DNA of 64,000 nucleotides from contig CAVWIH010000037.1 in assembly GCA_963755025.1 (NCBI GenBank), forward strand, positions 1 to 64,000, written 5' to 3'. This document shows, piece by piece, positions 19,832-30,222 of the stretch (position 1 is the first letter of the stretch; each line of letters starts with the position of its first letter). This DNA is from an uncultured Actinomycetes bacterium. Its GTDB lineage: Bacteria > Actinomycetota > Thermoleophilia > UBA2241. Position numbers and translations under genes: made by a program. The notes beneath the pieces are model-generated. The model was not told the DNA's origin and ran no database searches. It saw only the letters and a list, made by a program, of their open reading frames with translations.

Positions 19832-21220
19832 CTACAGGTCGTCGACCGACTCGTCGCCCACCGCGGCCGCGGTGACCGTGGGCGCCACGCGCGGCACGCC
19901 GTGGCTACGGCCCTCGCGCACGAGCTCGAGAGCGCCGGGGAACGGCTGCAGGGCGCGCTCGAAGATGCCCAGGCTGTAGGCGATGACGAGGCCGTAGTTG
20001 GTGATCGGCACGCCGGCTTCGCGGCAGCGCACGATGCGGCTCAGCATCTCGCGGCGGTTGGCGGTGCAGGCGCCGCAGTGGATCACGAGGCTGTACTGCG
20101 CGAGCGCCGCCGGGTCGGGAAAGTCGTGGCCCTGCACGTGCTCGACCTCGAGCTTGCCGCCCACGTACTGCGTGAGCCAGCGCGGTATCTTGACGCGCCC
20201 GATGTCTTCGCCGATGGGGTGGTGGCTGCAGTGCTCGGCGATGAGTATGCGGTCGCCGGAGCGCAGCTCCTCGATCGCCAGGGCGCCGGCGACCTGCGAG
20301 GTGAGGTCGCCCTTGAAGCGCGCGAAGAGGATGGAGAAGCTCGTCATGGGCACGTCGGGCGGCGTGTCGGCGGCCACCTTGAGGAACGCCTGCGAGTCGG
20401 TCACCACCAGCTTGGGCGGGCGGTTGAGCCGGGCGATGGCGTCGCGCAGCTCGCGCTCTTTGACCACCAGGGCCATGGCGTCGGCGTCCATGAGGTCGCG
20501 GATCGACTGCACCTGCGGAAGTATCAGGCGGCCGCGCGGCGCCTCTTTGTCGATCGGCACGACCAGCACGGCGAGCTCGCCGGGGCCGACCAGGTCGCCG
20601 AGGATGGTGGGGTTGTCGACGAAGTCGGCGGGCGCCGCGGCCAGCAGCGCCTGGCGAAAGTCGAGCACGCCGCGCCCCAGGGAGGCGGCGGTACGCACTA
20701 CTTTGGCGCCGCCGGCCCGGAGGCTGTCTTCGCGCGCCGAGGGCGGCGTCGCCAGGTCGATCTTGTTGAAGACGACGACCGTGGGGATCTCGCGGGCGGC
20801 GAACTCCTCGAGGATCATGTCTTCGTAGTCGCCCCAGTCGTCGGCGGCCACGACCAGTACGCCCAGGTCGGTGCGCTCGAAGACCTGCATGGTGCGCGCC
20901 GCGCGCAGTTCGCCGAGGGCGCCGACGTCGTCGATGCCGGCGGTGTCGATGAACAGCACCGGCCCCAGGGGCAGCAGCTCCATCGGTTTCTCGACCGGGT
21001 CGGTGGTGGTGCCGGCCTGGTCTGAGACGATCGAGACGTCCTGGCGGGTGATGGCGTTCAGCAGGCTCGACTTGCCCACGTTGCGGCGGCCGAACAGGCC
21101 GATGTGCAGCCGCATGCCCTTGGGAGCGCCGGTCATGCTCATGCAGGGGATCTCTGTCGATGGGGCGAGGGCGTCGATCATTCGCTGATCCTCCGTCGAT
21201 GGGGCGAGGGCGTCGATCAT
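19832..21220 (-). CDS. hydF: [FeFe]-hydrogenase H-cluster maturation GTPase HydF
   Basis: GRRNVGKSS, GTTTDPV, DTAG, NKID, APRGRLILPQVQ, TDSQ and CSHH...HCGAC FeS motif. Start uncertain: 21220 (coupled to the aspA stop), 21181 or 21142. Confidence 0.95.
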   Translation of the reverse strand: MIDALAPSTEDQRMIDALAPSTEIPCMSMTGAPKGMRLHIGLFGRRNVGKSSLLNAITRQDVSIVSDQAGTTTDPVEKPMELLPLGPVLFIDTAGIDDVGALGELRAARTMQVFERTDLGVLVVAADDWGDYEDMILEEFAAREIPTVVVFNKIDLATPPSAREDSLRAGGAKVVRTAASLGRGVLDFRQALLAAAPADFVDNPTILGDLVGPGELAVLVVPIDKEAPRGRLILPQVQSIRDLMDADAMALVVKERELRDAIARLNRPPKLVVTDSQAFLKVAADTPPDVPMTSFSILFARFKGDLTSQVAGALAIEELRSGDRILIAEHCSHHPIGEDIGRVKIPRWLTQYVGGKLEVEHVQGHDFPDPAALAQYSLVIHCGACTANRREMLSRIVRCREAGVPITNYGLVIAYSLGIFERALQPFPGALELVREGRSHGVPRVAPTVTAAAVGDESVDDL

Positions 21221-21246
21221 TCGCTCGATCCTCTCGTCGATGGGGT
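21156..21246. repeat. ~39-bp duplication spanning the aspA stop/hydF start junction
   Basis: GTCGATGGGGCGAGGGCGTCGATCATTCGCT occurs twice plus a partial copy, giving [10 protein letters not shown] x2. Confidence 0.85.
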
Positions 21247-22648
21247 CGGGGTGCCCAGGCGGCAGACCGCCTCGGCGGTGAGCAGCTCGTCGAAGCGCGC
21301 GGCGGTGACAAAGCCGCCGTCGACGGCGGCCGTGCGCACCGTGGCGCCGCTTTCGGTGGCCGCCTTGACGACCTCGCAAGCGGCGTCGTAGCCGATCTCG
21401 GGCACGAGCGCCGTGGCGGCCGCCGACGAGGCCTCGACGTGGCGCCGGCAGGCGGCTTCGTCGGCCACGATGCCCTCGACGCAGGAGCGCCGCAGCATGA
21501 GGCAGGCGCGCTGCAGGAGCAGCAGGCTCTCGAGCAGGCAGGCGGCGACGAGCGGCAAGAAGGGGTTGAGCTCGAGGCTGCCGGCCGCCGCGGCCTGAGC
21601 GACGGTGGCGTCGTAGCCCATCACCAGCATGGCGCCTCGCTGACCGCCTCGGGGATCACCGGGTTGACCTTCCCGGGCATGATGGACGAGCCCGGCCTGG
21701 CGCGCCGGCAGGCGGATCTCGCCCAGGCCGGCTCGGGGCCGGACAGCAGCCGCAGGTCGGAGCAAATCTTCCAGAGCGACGAGACGGCGCAGCGCCTTGA
21801 GCATGCCCGAGACTTCCACGAAGACGTCGGCGTTCTGGGTGGCCTCCACCAGATTCTCGGCGCGCGCGAAGCCGATGCCGGTGATGGCGCGAAGCTCCTC
21901 GACCACGCGGAAAATGTAGGCACGCGGCGCGGCCAAACCCGTGCCGATGGCGGTGCCGCCCAGGTTGACCACCCGCAGCCGTTCCTCGCATTTGTAGATG
22001 CGCCAGCGGTCGCGGCCCAGGGCCTCGGCATATGCGCCCATTTCGCGGCCCAACGTGGTGAGCACGGCGTCCTGCATCTCGGTGCGGCCGGTCTTGACGA
22101 TCGTGGCGAAGCGGCTTTCCGCGTCCTGGAACGCCTGCTGCAGGGCGACCACGCGCTCCTGTAACGCCGTCAGGCGGCGAATGGCGGCCAGGTGCAGCGC
22201 GGTGGGGTAAGGTGTCGTTGGTCGACTGGTGCAGGTTGACGTCGTCGAGCGGCGAGACGCGCTCGTAGGCGCCGTGGGGCTCGCCCAGCAGCTCGAGGGC
22301 GCGGTTGGCGATGACCTCGCTCACGTTCATGTTGGTCGAGGTGCCGGCGCCGCCTTGCAGGCGCTCGACGATCACGGCGTCGTCGTGGAGGCCGTCGGCG
22401 AGCTCGCGGCAGGCGCGCTCGATGGCGTCGGCCTTGGCCGGGTCGGCGGCCCAGGCGCCGAGGTCGCGGTTGGTGAGGGCGGCGGCGAGCTTGACCGTGC
22501 CGAAGGCACGGACAAGCTCGCCGTGCACCGGCAGCCCCGTCAGGTGAAAGTTGTCGCGCGCCCGCACGGTGTGCACGCCGTAGAGCGCGGCGGCGTCGAC
22601 CGGCACGGCGCCCAGCAGGTCGTGTTCGGTGCGGACGTCGCCGTTCAA
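21217..22648 (-). CDS. aspA: Aspartate ammonia-lyase (frameshifted in this assembly)
   Basis: [76 protein letters not shown] and GSLELN, spread over three frames (shifts near 22210 and 21620-21800). Start approximate. Confidence 0.88.
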
Positions 22649-22682
22649 GGCCGTCTCGGCCGCTGTCGCGCGAGCGTCGGCG

Positions 22683-22949
22683 TCAGCCGGCGTGAGCGAA
22701 CTCGACCTTCTGCACCTCGACGCCGGTGATGGCGCCCAGGGCGCCGGCGATGTCGGCGGTGATCGTGGCGGGCCCCACGAGCTCGAGGATGACCACGCCG
22801 CCCGGCGCGCAGACGTCGCCCGCGACGTCGTGCAGGCCGACACGCGTCTTGATGTTGCAGCCGTACTCGGTGAAGACCTTCTGCACCGAAGCGGCGTCCT
22901 TCATGCGGTCGGTGATGTGTACGGCGAGGATCTTGTGGCTCTCGGTCAT
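22683..22949 (-). CDS. Small iron-only hydrogenase system regulator (TM1266-like, ACT-like fold)
   Basis: DR...VQKVFTEYGCNIKTRVGLH...GVVILEL pattern; located beside the maturation genes. Confidence 0.8.
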   Translation of the reverse strand: MTESHKILAVHITDRMKDAASVQKVFTEYGCNIKTRVGLHDVAGDVCAPGGVVILELVGPATITADIAGALGAITGVEVQKVEFAHAG

Positions 22950-23027
22950 CTGCGCGTCCTTTCGTGGGGTCTCCGTGCGGTCCTGTGGTCGGTCGGTGCG
23001 GTCGTTCTCGTCCGCTCGTTTGCGCTT

Positions 23028-24497
23028 CTACGTCGGCCCGGTGCGCTCCTGCTCGTCGACAGGTTCCTGCGACTGGCCGGCGCGCTCGTCGGCGACGTCG
23101 GCCGGGCACAGGGGTTGCGGTAGCTCGAAGGTGAATTCGGCCCACGCGCCCGTCTTGGCGTCGGCCTTGATGTGGCCGTGGTGCAGCTGCACGATCCGCC
23201 ACGAATTGTACAGTCCCAGGCCGGTGCCCCGCCGTTGTCCGGCGCCCGCGGCGTGCAGCCGCGAGAACTTGCGGAACAGGCGGGCGCGCTCGGCCGCCGA
23301 AAAGCCCGGGCCTTCGTTCCAGACCGAGACGCGCAGGCGGCGCGCACTTGGGGCGACGGTGAGGCGCAGGGCGCCGCCCGAGGCGCCGTAGTGCACCGCG
23401 TTGCTCAGCAGGTTGACGAGCACGATGATCAGCAGCGACGGGTCGCAGTCGACCGCGAAACCGTGGTCGTCGGGCAGCTCGGTGGTGAGCACCATGCCGG
23501 CCGCCTCGATCTGGGCGCGCACGAGCTCGACCGCGGGCTCGACCACCCTGTCGACGAAGGGCACGCCGCACTGCACCGCGACCTGCAGCTCGCCGCCCTC
23601 GACGCGCGCCAGGTCGAGGTACTCGCGCACCAGGTCGAGCAGGTACTCGCCCTTGGTGATGAGCCGCTCGAGCTTGACCTTCTGGCGCTCCTCGACCGGG
23701 CCCAGGTAGCCGTCGGCGAGCAGCCGGGCGTCGGTCACCATAGAGGCCACCGGGTTCTTGAGCTCGTGGCTGACGAAGCCCAGCATCTCGAGGTAGTTGC
23801 GGTTGGCCGCGGTGAGCTGTTCTATGCGCCAGGCCTTCTCGACCGCCTGGCTCAGGCGCTCGGTGAGCGCCATCTGCAGCTCGACGTGGTGCTGGGTGTA
23901 GGCGTGGGGCAGGCGCGAGCTGCGGAACATGAAGCCCACGATGCGCCCCTCGACGATCAGCGGGCAGGTGAGGCTGGAGCGCACGCCCTCGCGCAGCAGC
24001 AGCTTCGTGGAGCGGCTGCCGGGGTGCTCGGCGAGGTAGAGCTCGAGGTCGTCGATGATGCGCGGCGTGCCCTGCCGCAGCACGCGCTCGAGCGAGCTGT
24101 CGCGCAGGTCTTCGCTGTAGCCCTTGGCCAGCAGCACCTTGTCGTAGGCGGCGCGCACGTAGCGCGACACCACCCGGCGGCCGTCTTCTTCGACGAAGGA
24201 GAGGCCGATGCGATCGAACGGAAAGATGCCGGCGGTGCGCTCGAACAGCAGGTCGATGACGTCGTCGAGTGTGGGCAGCGCCGAGACGCGCTGATTGACC
24301 ATGCGCAGCACGGCGCGCTCGCCGTCGGTCAGCGGGGTGATGCCGACAGGCTCGCGATACAGGTCGAAGTAGCGCGGCCGGCCGTCGGTGGCCGCGTCGT
24401 GCGCGGCGTCGGCAGCCAGAGCGGCGGTGCCGTCGGCGGCCTGGTCGTCTGAGGCGGCCGTCGGCGTGCTCTGCGCTGTGGGTCGTTCGTCGGTCAT
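23028..24497 (-). CDS. GAF-domain sensor histidine kinase
   Basis: GAF region (IIDDL...EGVRSSLTCPL), H-box SHELKNP, N-box NLLSNA, NEGPG and GTGLGL. Confidence 0.92.
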   Translation of the reverse strand: MTDERPTAQSTPTAASDDQAADGTAALAADAAHDAATDGRPRYFDLYREPVGITPLTDGERAVLRMVNQRVSALPTLDDVIDLLFERTAGIFPFDRIGLSFVEEDGRRVVSRYVRAAYDKVLLAKGYSEDLRDSSLERVLRQGTPRIIDDLELYLAEHPGSRSTKLLLREGVRSSLTCPLIVEGRIVGFMFRSSRLPHAYTQHHVELQMALTERLSQAVEKAWRIEQLTAANRNYLEMLGFVSHELKNPVASMVTDARLLADGYLGPVEERQKVKLERLITKGEYLLDLVREYLDLARVEGGELQVAVQCGVPFVDRVVEPAVELVRAQIEAAGMVLTTELPDDHGFAVDCDPSLLIIVLVNLLSNAVHYGASGGALRLTVAPSARRLRVSVWNEGPGFSAAERARLFRKFSRLHAAGAGQRRGTGLGLYNSWRIVQLHHGHIKADAKTGAWAEFTFELPQPLCPADVADERAGQSQEPVDEQERTGPT

Positions 24498-24643
24498 CGG
24501 TCGGCCCTGGTCGGTCGGGAAAGGCCGGGCGTGACGCGGCCGGCGCTTGCGCCGGTCACCCGTGTTCTACGCCCCTAGCCTAGCACTGCGCCGACGGTGA
24601 CGGGTGGGTCTGCAGGGCGCGGGGGGCACGTACGTGCGCACCG

Positions 24644-24690
24644 AAAAAGAACAGGGGCCGGGGCGCCGGCAGGCGCCCCGGCCCCTGTTC
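24644..24690 (-). terminator. Rho-independent terminator after hydrogenase 1
   Basis: GAACAGGGGCCGGGGCGCC / GGCGCCCCGGCCCCTGTTC stem followed by TTTTT on the minus strand. Confidence 0.85.
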
Positions 24691-24698
24691 GGGTCAGG

Positions 24699-26624
24699 TC
24701 AATCCATGAACTTGCCGCGCGCCGTGTAGGTGGTGTGCAGCAGCTTGTGGCTCTTGTGGCCGCAGGGGCCGTCGGTGAGGAACTCGGCGTAGGTCTGCAA
24801 CACGGCCGGGTTCTCGTGTGACTTGCGCACGGCGTACGACGAGTCTTCGGAGTAGATCACCCGGGCGCGGGCGGCGCGGATGGCGTCGCTCGTGGGGATC
24901 GGCTGACCGCCGCCGCCCAGGCAGCCGCCCGGGCAGGCCATGAACTCGATGAAGTGGCACTCGCTGAACTTGCCGCCGGCCTTGATGTCGTCCATGACCT
25001 TCTTGGCGTTGGCGGTGCCGTGAGCGACCGCGACCTTGACCGTGGCGCCGTTCAGCCAGTCCCAGTTGGGCACGAGGTGCGCGACGATCTCGGGCACGGG
25101 GCCGACCTTGGGGATGGTGATCTCGGCGTACTTCACGCCTTCGAAGCCGCGCAGCGGGATGATGTCGCCGTGGTCGTAGATGCTCTCGACCTTCTCGCCG
25201 GTGACCATCTCGATGACGGTGCGCAGGGCGGCCTCCATGACGCCGCCCGTGGCGCCGAAGATGACGCCCGAGCCGGTGGCCGAGCCGAAGGGGTCGTCGA
25301 AGTCGGACTTCGGCAGGTGCGGCACGTCGAGCCCGGCTTCTTTGAACATCTTGGCGAGCTCGCGCGTGGTGAGCCCGTAGTCGACGTCCTGGTAGCCGGA
25401 GTCGTGCATCTCGGGGCGGTTGCACTCGAACTTCTTGGCCGAGCACGGCATGAGCGCGACGCTCACGATGTTGGCCGGGTCGAGGGCCAGCTTTTCGGCG
25501 TAGTACGTTTTGATGAGCGCGCCGAACATCTGCTGCGGGCTCTTGGCCGACGAGGCGTTGGGCAGGTACTCGGGGTAGAAGTGCTCGAGGAACTTGACCC
25601 AGCCCGGCGAGCAGCTCGTGAACTGCGGCAGGGCGATCGTCTCGTCTTTTTCGACGAGCGCCTTGTAGAGACGCAGGATGAGCTCGGTGCCTTCTTCGAT
25701 GATGGTGAGGTCGGCCGTGAAGTTGGTGTCGAACACCTTGTCGAAGCCGGCCCGCCGCAGGGCGGTGTTCATCTCGAAGGTCACGCCGGTGCCCGCCTCG
25801 AGGCCGAAGCACTCGCCCATGGCGGAGCGCGGCGCCGGCGCCGTCTGAATGACGACGTGCTTGGTGGGATCGTCGATGGCCGCCCACACGGCGTCGGTCT
25901 CGTCTTTGGCGTAGAGCGCGCCGGTGGGGCAGCGGTTGATGCACTGCCCGCAGTTGATGCAGACCACCGAGCCGAGCGGACGGTCGGCGAACGTGGTGAT
26001 CTCGGTCTGGTCGCTGCGGCTCACGGCTTCGAGCACGCCGACCTCCTGCAGGTCGATGCAGGTGCGCACGCAACGGCGGCAGCGGATGCACTTGTTCATG
26101 TCGCGCACGACCGAGTAGCTCGAGGAGTCGACCTCGGCCACCGGCGCCTCGGGGTGCCCGAAGGTGAAGTCGGTGATGCCGTACTCCTCGGCCAGGGCCT
26201 GGAGCTCGCAGTTGCCGTTGCGCTGGCACGAGTAGCACTCGCCGTAGTGCTCGCTGAGCAGCAGCTCGAGCACGTTACGGCGCGCCAGGCGCACGCGGCG
26301 GCTGTGGGTGTCGATCGTCATCTGGTTGGTGACGGGGAAGACGCAGGCCGGCTGCAGCAGGCGCTGGCCTTCGACTTCGACCACGCAGATGCGGCAGATG
26401 CCGGCGACGTCGAGGTCGGGGTGGTGACAGAGCGTGGGGATGTGGACGCCGATGCTCTCGGCGGCCTGCAGGATGGTGGAACCGAACGGTACCTTGGCCT
26501 CGACGCCGTCGATCTTGACGGTGACGGTGGCGCCGATGGCGTCGGGGCTCGTGGTCGTGACCACACGCCGCGTCTGCTGCGACAGCGGAGCGCGGTGAAG
26601 GCGGGTCGTCACTGAGTCAGACAT
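24699..26624 (-). CDS. hydA: Group A [FeFe]-hydrogenase catalytic subunit (system 1)
   Basis: N-terminal [2Fe-2S], His-ligated [4Fe-4S] (EHYGECYSC) and 2x[4Fe-4S]; H-cluster motifs FTSCSPGW, MPCSAKKFE and EFMACPGGCLGGGGQP; GAGGAG RBS. Confidence 0.96.
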   Translation of the reverse strand: MSDSVTTRLHRAPLSQQTRRVVTTTSPDAIGATVTVKIDGVEAKVPFGSTILQAAESIGVHIPTLCHHPDLDVAGICRICVVEVEGQRLLQPACVFPVTNQMTIDTHSRRVRLARRNVLELLLSEHYGECYSCQRNGNCELQALAEEYGITDFTFGHPEAPVAEVDSSSYSVVRDMNKCIRCRRCVRTCIDLQEVGVLEAVSRSDQTEITTFADRPLGSVVCINCGQCINRCPTGALYAKDETDAVWAAIDDPTKHVVIQTAPAPRSAMGECFGLEAGTGVTFEMNTALRRAGFDKVFDTNFTADLTIIEEGTELILRLYKALVEKDETIALPQFTSCSPGWVKFLEHFYPEYLPNASSAKSPQQMFGALIKTYYAEKLALDPANIVSVALMPCSAKKFECNRPEMHDSGYQDVDYGLTTRELAKMFKEAGLDVPHLPKSDFDDPFGSATGSGVIFGATGGVMEAALRTVIEMVTGEKVESIYDHGDIIPLRGFEGVKYAEITIPKVGPVPEIVAHLVPNWDWLNGATVKVAVAHGTANAKKVMDDIKAGGKFSECHFIEFMACPGGCLGGGGQPIPTSDAIRAARARVIYSEDSSYAVRKSHENPAVLQTYAEFLTDGPCGHKSHKLLHTTYTARGKFMD

Positions 26625-26636
26625 GCTCACTCCTCG

Positions 26637-28322
26637 CTACGCGCGCTGCGGACGGTTGGTGACGTCGTCGGCAAAGGCCCCGACGATCGACAGGAATGCG
26701 CTCGGGCTGGTCTGCCCGAGGCCACACTTGGCGGCGACCTGCATGGTCGCCCCCAGGGCCTTGAGGTCGGCCAGGTGGGCGGCCGAGCACTCGCCGTTCT
26801 TGAGCAGCTCGACGCCTTCGAGGAGCTGGTGGTTGCCCAAGCGGCACGGCGTGCACTGGCCGCACGACTCTTCGACGAAGAACTCGAGGAAGTTCTCGGC
26901 GACGTCGAGCAGGTCGCGCTGCGGGCCGATCACCATGACCGATCCGCCGGTGGGGATGTCTTCGAAGGCCAGCCGGCGCTCGAAGTCGTTGGCCGGCACG
27001 CAGACGCCCGAAGCGCCGCCGATCTGGACGGCCTTGGCGCCCGTGCCGCCGACCTCTTTGAGCAGGTCGGCCACCGTGATGCCCCAGGGGAACTCGTACA
27101 CGCCGGGCTTTTCGCAGTCGCCCGAGATGCTGAAGAGCTTGTAGCCCGTCGACTTGTCGGTGCCGAAGCCCTTGAACCACTCGGTGCCCTTGGCGAAGAT
27201 GCAGGCCACCGAGGCCAGCGTCTCGACGTTGTTGACCACCGTGGGGTGGTTGAGGAAGCCGGCGACGGCCGGGAACGGCGGCCGGTTGCGGGGCTCGCCG
27301 CGGAACCCTTCGAGCGACTCGATCAGGGCGGTCTCTTCGCCGCAGACGTAGGCGCCGGCGCCGCGCGCCAGCACGATGTCGAAGTCGAAGCCCTCGACGC
27401 CGCCGATGTTGGCGCCGAGCAGGCCGGCTTGCCGGCGCTTGTGGATGACGTCGTTCAGGTGGGCGCGCAGGTAGGCGTATTCGGCGCGCAGGTAGACGAT
27501 GCCCATGTTGGCGCCGATGGCGCGGCCGCCGATGGTCATGCCCTCGAAGACGAGGTCGGGGAAGTCGCGCAGGATGACGCGGTCTTTGAAGGTGCCGGGC
27601 TCGCCTTCGTCGGCGTTGCAGATGATGTACTTCTGGTCGCTCTTTTCAGCGGCGCAGAAGTTCCATTTCATGCCGGTCGGGAAGCCGGCGCCGCCGCGGC
27701 CCTTGAGGGCCGCCCCGGAGAGCGTGTCGACGATGTCGCCGCGGCGCATGGTGAGCGCGGTCTTCATGCCGGCGTTGGGCTCGATCGTGGCGTAGGTCAG
27801 CTGGTTGCGGCTGGTGACGATGTCCTGGCGCTCTTCGTCGGCCGCCTTGGTGCGGTAGTCGGCGACGATCTCGGCGACCTTCTCGGGCGTGACGCGCGTG
27901 AAGACACGGTCGTTGACGAGCAGGGCCGGGCCCTGGTCGCACATGCCGACGCAGCTCGCCCACTCGAGGGTGAAGACGCCGTCGTCGGTGGTGGCGCCGA
28001 AGTCGATGCCGAGCGCCACGCGCAGGGCCTCGGCGACGGCCGTCTTGCCGGCGAAGTCGCACGACAGCGTGCCGCAGAGCCGCACGACAAAGCGCCCCTC
28101 GGGCGCGCCGTGCAGGAAGGCGTAAAAGGTGGCCACGCTGAAGACTTCGACCGGGTGCACGCCGACCAGGTCGGCGACGATCTGCATGGCTTCGTCGGTG
28201 ATCTCGTGCTGGGCCGTCTTGACGTCTTGCAGGATGGGGATGAGCGAGGTGCGCTCACCGCCGTGACGTTCGACAATGGCGACGATCTCGTCGCGCGCCG
28301 GAGAGTCGGTGATGGTCAGCAT
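26637..28322 (-). CDS. NAD(H)-dependent diaphorase subunit, NuoE-NuoF fusion (HoxF-like), partner of hydrogenase 1
   Basis: NuoE-like N-terminus (CGTLSC...CVGMC) fused to NuoF ([42 protein letters not shown]...CGLG); no C-terminal dicluster domain. Confidence 0.93.
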   Translation of the reverse strand: MLTITDSPARDEIVAIVERHGGERTSLIPILQDVKTAQHEITDEAMQIVADLVGVHPVEVFSVATFYAFLHGAPEGRFVVRLCGTLSCDFAGKTAVAEALRVALGIDFGATTDDGVFTLEWASCVGMCDQGPALLVNDRVFTRVTPEKVAEIVADYRTKAADEERQDIVTSRNQLTYATIEPNAGMKTALTMRRGDIVDTLSGAALKGRGGAGFPTGMKWNFCAAEKSDQKYIICNADEGEPGTFKDRVILRDFPDLVFEGMTIGGRAIGANMGIVYLRAEYAYLRAHLNDVIHKRRQAGLLGANIGGVEGFDFDIVLARGAGAYVCGEETALIESLEGFRGEPRNRPPFPAVAGFLNHPTVVNNVETLASVACIFAKGTEWFKGFGTDKSTGYKLFSISGDCEKPGVYEFPWGITVADLLKEVGGTGAKAVQIGGASGVCVPANDFERRLAFEDIPTGGSVMVIGPQRDLLDVAENFLEFFVEESCGQCTPCRLGNHQLLEGVELLKNGECSAAHLADLKALGATMQVAAKCGLGQTSPSAFLSIVGAFADDVTNRPQRA

Positions 28323-28332
28323 CGCGCGCCCC

Positions 28333-28704
28333 CTAAAGGCCCAGTAGCTCGTTGACCTGGGCGACCAGCGTGGCCGGCTCGACCGGCTTGGACTGGAACT
28401 TCTCGACCGGCACGATCTCGTCGTCGCGGTCGATGGTGAGGCCCATGGCGGCATTGACGGAGGTGAGCATGATGATCGGCTGGGCGAAGCCCTGGCGGCG
28501 CAGCTCGCGCGCCATGATGAGCCCGTCGTCGGGCTCTTCCATCATGACGTCGAGGATGAGCAGATCGGGCTTGACGTCGGCGACCTGCTGCAGGCCTTCG
28601 ACACGGTTCGAGGCGCATTTGACCTGGAACCCCTCTTTTTCCAGGACGAGTTTGCAGGCCTCCTGGATGTCGGGGTCGTCGTCGACGATCAGGATCTTGG
28701 ACAC
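28333..28704 (-). CDS. Single-domain response regulator
   Basis: GTG after AAGGAG; ILIVDDD, LILDVMM, IIMLTS and KP; no output domain. Confidence 0.92.
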   Translation of the reverse strand: MSKILIVDDDPDIQEACKLVLEKEGFQVKCASNRVEGLQQVADVKPDLLILDVMMEEPDDGLIMARELRRQGFAQPIIMLTSVNAAMGLTIDRDDEIVPVEKFQSKPVEPATLVAQVNELLGL

Positions 28705-28823
28705 CTTGCACTCCTTCAGCTCGATTGCCAGCGTCGTCACGGTGTTTCGCGCGGCCCCGTCGGGTGCGTGCGAACGTGGGCCGAGCCCCAGTGGCGCACT
28801 GTGCGCCGGGGGCAGGAGTCGCT

Positions 28824-28841
28824 TTGCAGATTCTTTCACAC
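28824..28841 (-). promoter_or_regulatory. Possible degenerate Rex box upstream of the RR-diaphorase-hydA1 unit
   Basis: Minus strand GTGTGAA-AGAA-TCTGCAA versus consensus TTGTGAA-N4-TTCACAA (4 mismatches). Confidence 0.3.
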
Positions 28842-29018
28842 GACGAGCCCAACGGCCAGAGTAAAACGACGCTCTGGAGCAGGGGAAACAGCGTGCGCGC
28901 GGGGCATCGCTGTGGCGGGCCGCGGGATCGCGGGGCGGCTGGGGCCGAAAAGGGCGCTCAAGCCCGTCGACTGCGCGCCGCACCGTTCGGGACCGCCGCC
29001 CGCGGGGGGCTGGCGGCT

Positions 29019-30185
29019 TCAGCTCGCCGAAGCCGTCTCGGGGGCCGCCGTCTCGGCCGGCACCTCGGCGTCGTGCAGGGTGACGGTGAAGGTGCTGCCC
29101 TCGCCGGCGACCGACGTTACAGAGGCGTCGCCACCGTAGAGGTTGGCGAGCTTCTTGACGGTCGACAGGCCGAGGCCACTGCCCAGGATGTTCACGGTGT
29201 GCTCGTTCTTGATGCGCGTGAACTCGTTGAAGAGCTTGGCCGCCTCGCCGGCGGTGAGGCCGATGCCGGTGTCGGCCACGGTCAGGGTGACGGTGTCGTC
29301 GGCGCGCCGCAGCGCGACGTCGACGCGGCCGCCGTCGCGGTTGTACTTGACCGCGTTCGAGACGAGGTTGTTGAGCACGATCTCGATCTCACCGGAGTCG
29401 GCGCGCAGCGACAGGTCGGCCGGGCAGTCGACGGCGATCGTAATGCCGCGCTCGGCGGCCTCGCCCTGGAACAGGTCGATCGAGGTCGCCACCAGCTCGC
29501 CCAGGGCGACGTCGGTGAACACGCGCTGCTTCTGGCCCGACTCGATGCGCGTAAGGTCGAGCAGGTCGAAGATGAGCTTCTTCATGCCGTCGAGGCGCAG
29601 CAGCGAGCGCTCGATCATGCGGCGGTCGTCGGCGGGCACGTCGTCGCGCAGGATATTGAGGTAGCCCTGCACGGCGTTCAGCGGCGACTTGAGCTCGTGG
29701 GCCAGCACCGAGATGAAGTTGAAGCGGATCTGGCGGCGTTCCTCGGCGAGCTGGCGGGCCTGGCGGCTGAGGATGAGCTGGGTCGAGGCCTTGCGCAGGC
29801 CGTAGCGCAGCTCGTCGGGCGAGAACGGCTTGGGCAGAAAGTCGTAGGCGCCGAGCTTGGTCGCCTTGACCGCCGTCTCGAAGGTGGCGTAGGCGGTGAT
29901 GAACAGCGTGAGCGCCTCGTGGCCCTGGTCGCTGACCTCCTGCAGCACGTCGAGGCCGTCGATGCCGGGGAGCTTGAGGTCGAGCAGCAGCAGGTCGAGG
30001 TCGGCGCCCGCGGCCAGGGCCGCGAGAAAGTCCTCGCCCGACTGAAAGTGGGAGAACTCGTAGCGCACGTCGATCTGCACGTCGGGCAGGTGGAACGTGT
30101 AGCGGTTGACGATGCGCTGTACGCCCAGGCACAGCGCCTCTTCGTCGTCGACCATGACGACTTTGAGGGTCTGGCTCTCGCTCAC
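29019..30185 (-). CDS. Hybrid response regulator-histidine kinase (REC-HisKA-HATPase)
   Basis: VMVDDE, LLLDLKLP, ITAY, KPF, then AHELKSPL, NLVSNAVKY, DTGIG and GSGLGL. Confidence 0.93.
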   Translation of the reverse strand: MSESQTLKVVMVDDEEALCLGVQRIVNRYTFHLPDVQIDVRYEFSHFQSGEDFLAALAAGADLDLLLLDLKLPGIDGLDVLQEVSDQGHEALTLFITAYATFETAVKATKLGAYDFLPKPFSPDELRYGLRKASTQLILSRQARQLAEERRQIRFNFISVLAHELKSPLNAVQGYLNILRDDVPADDRRMIERSLLRLDGMKKLIFDLLDLTRIESGQKQRVFTDVALGELVATSIDLFQGEAAERGITIAVDCPADLSLRADSGEIEIVLNNLVSNAVKYNRDGGRVDVALRRADDTVTLTVADTGIGLTAGEAAKLFNEFTRIKNEHTVNILGSGLGLSTVKKLANLYGGDASVTSVAGEGSTFTVTLHDAEVPAETAAPETASAS

Positions 30186-30222
30186 GACCGTCCTTTCGCC
30201 TTGCCCCGGCTGCGCGCCAAGT

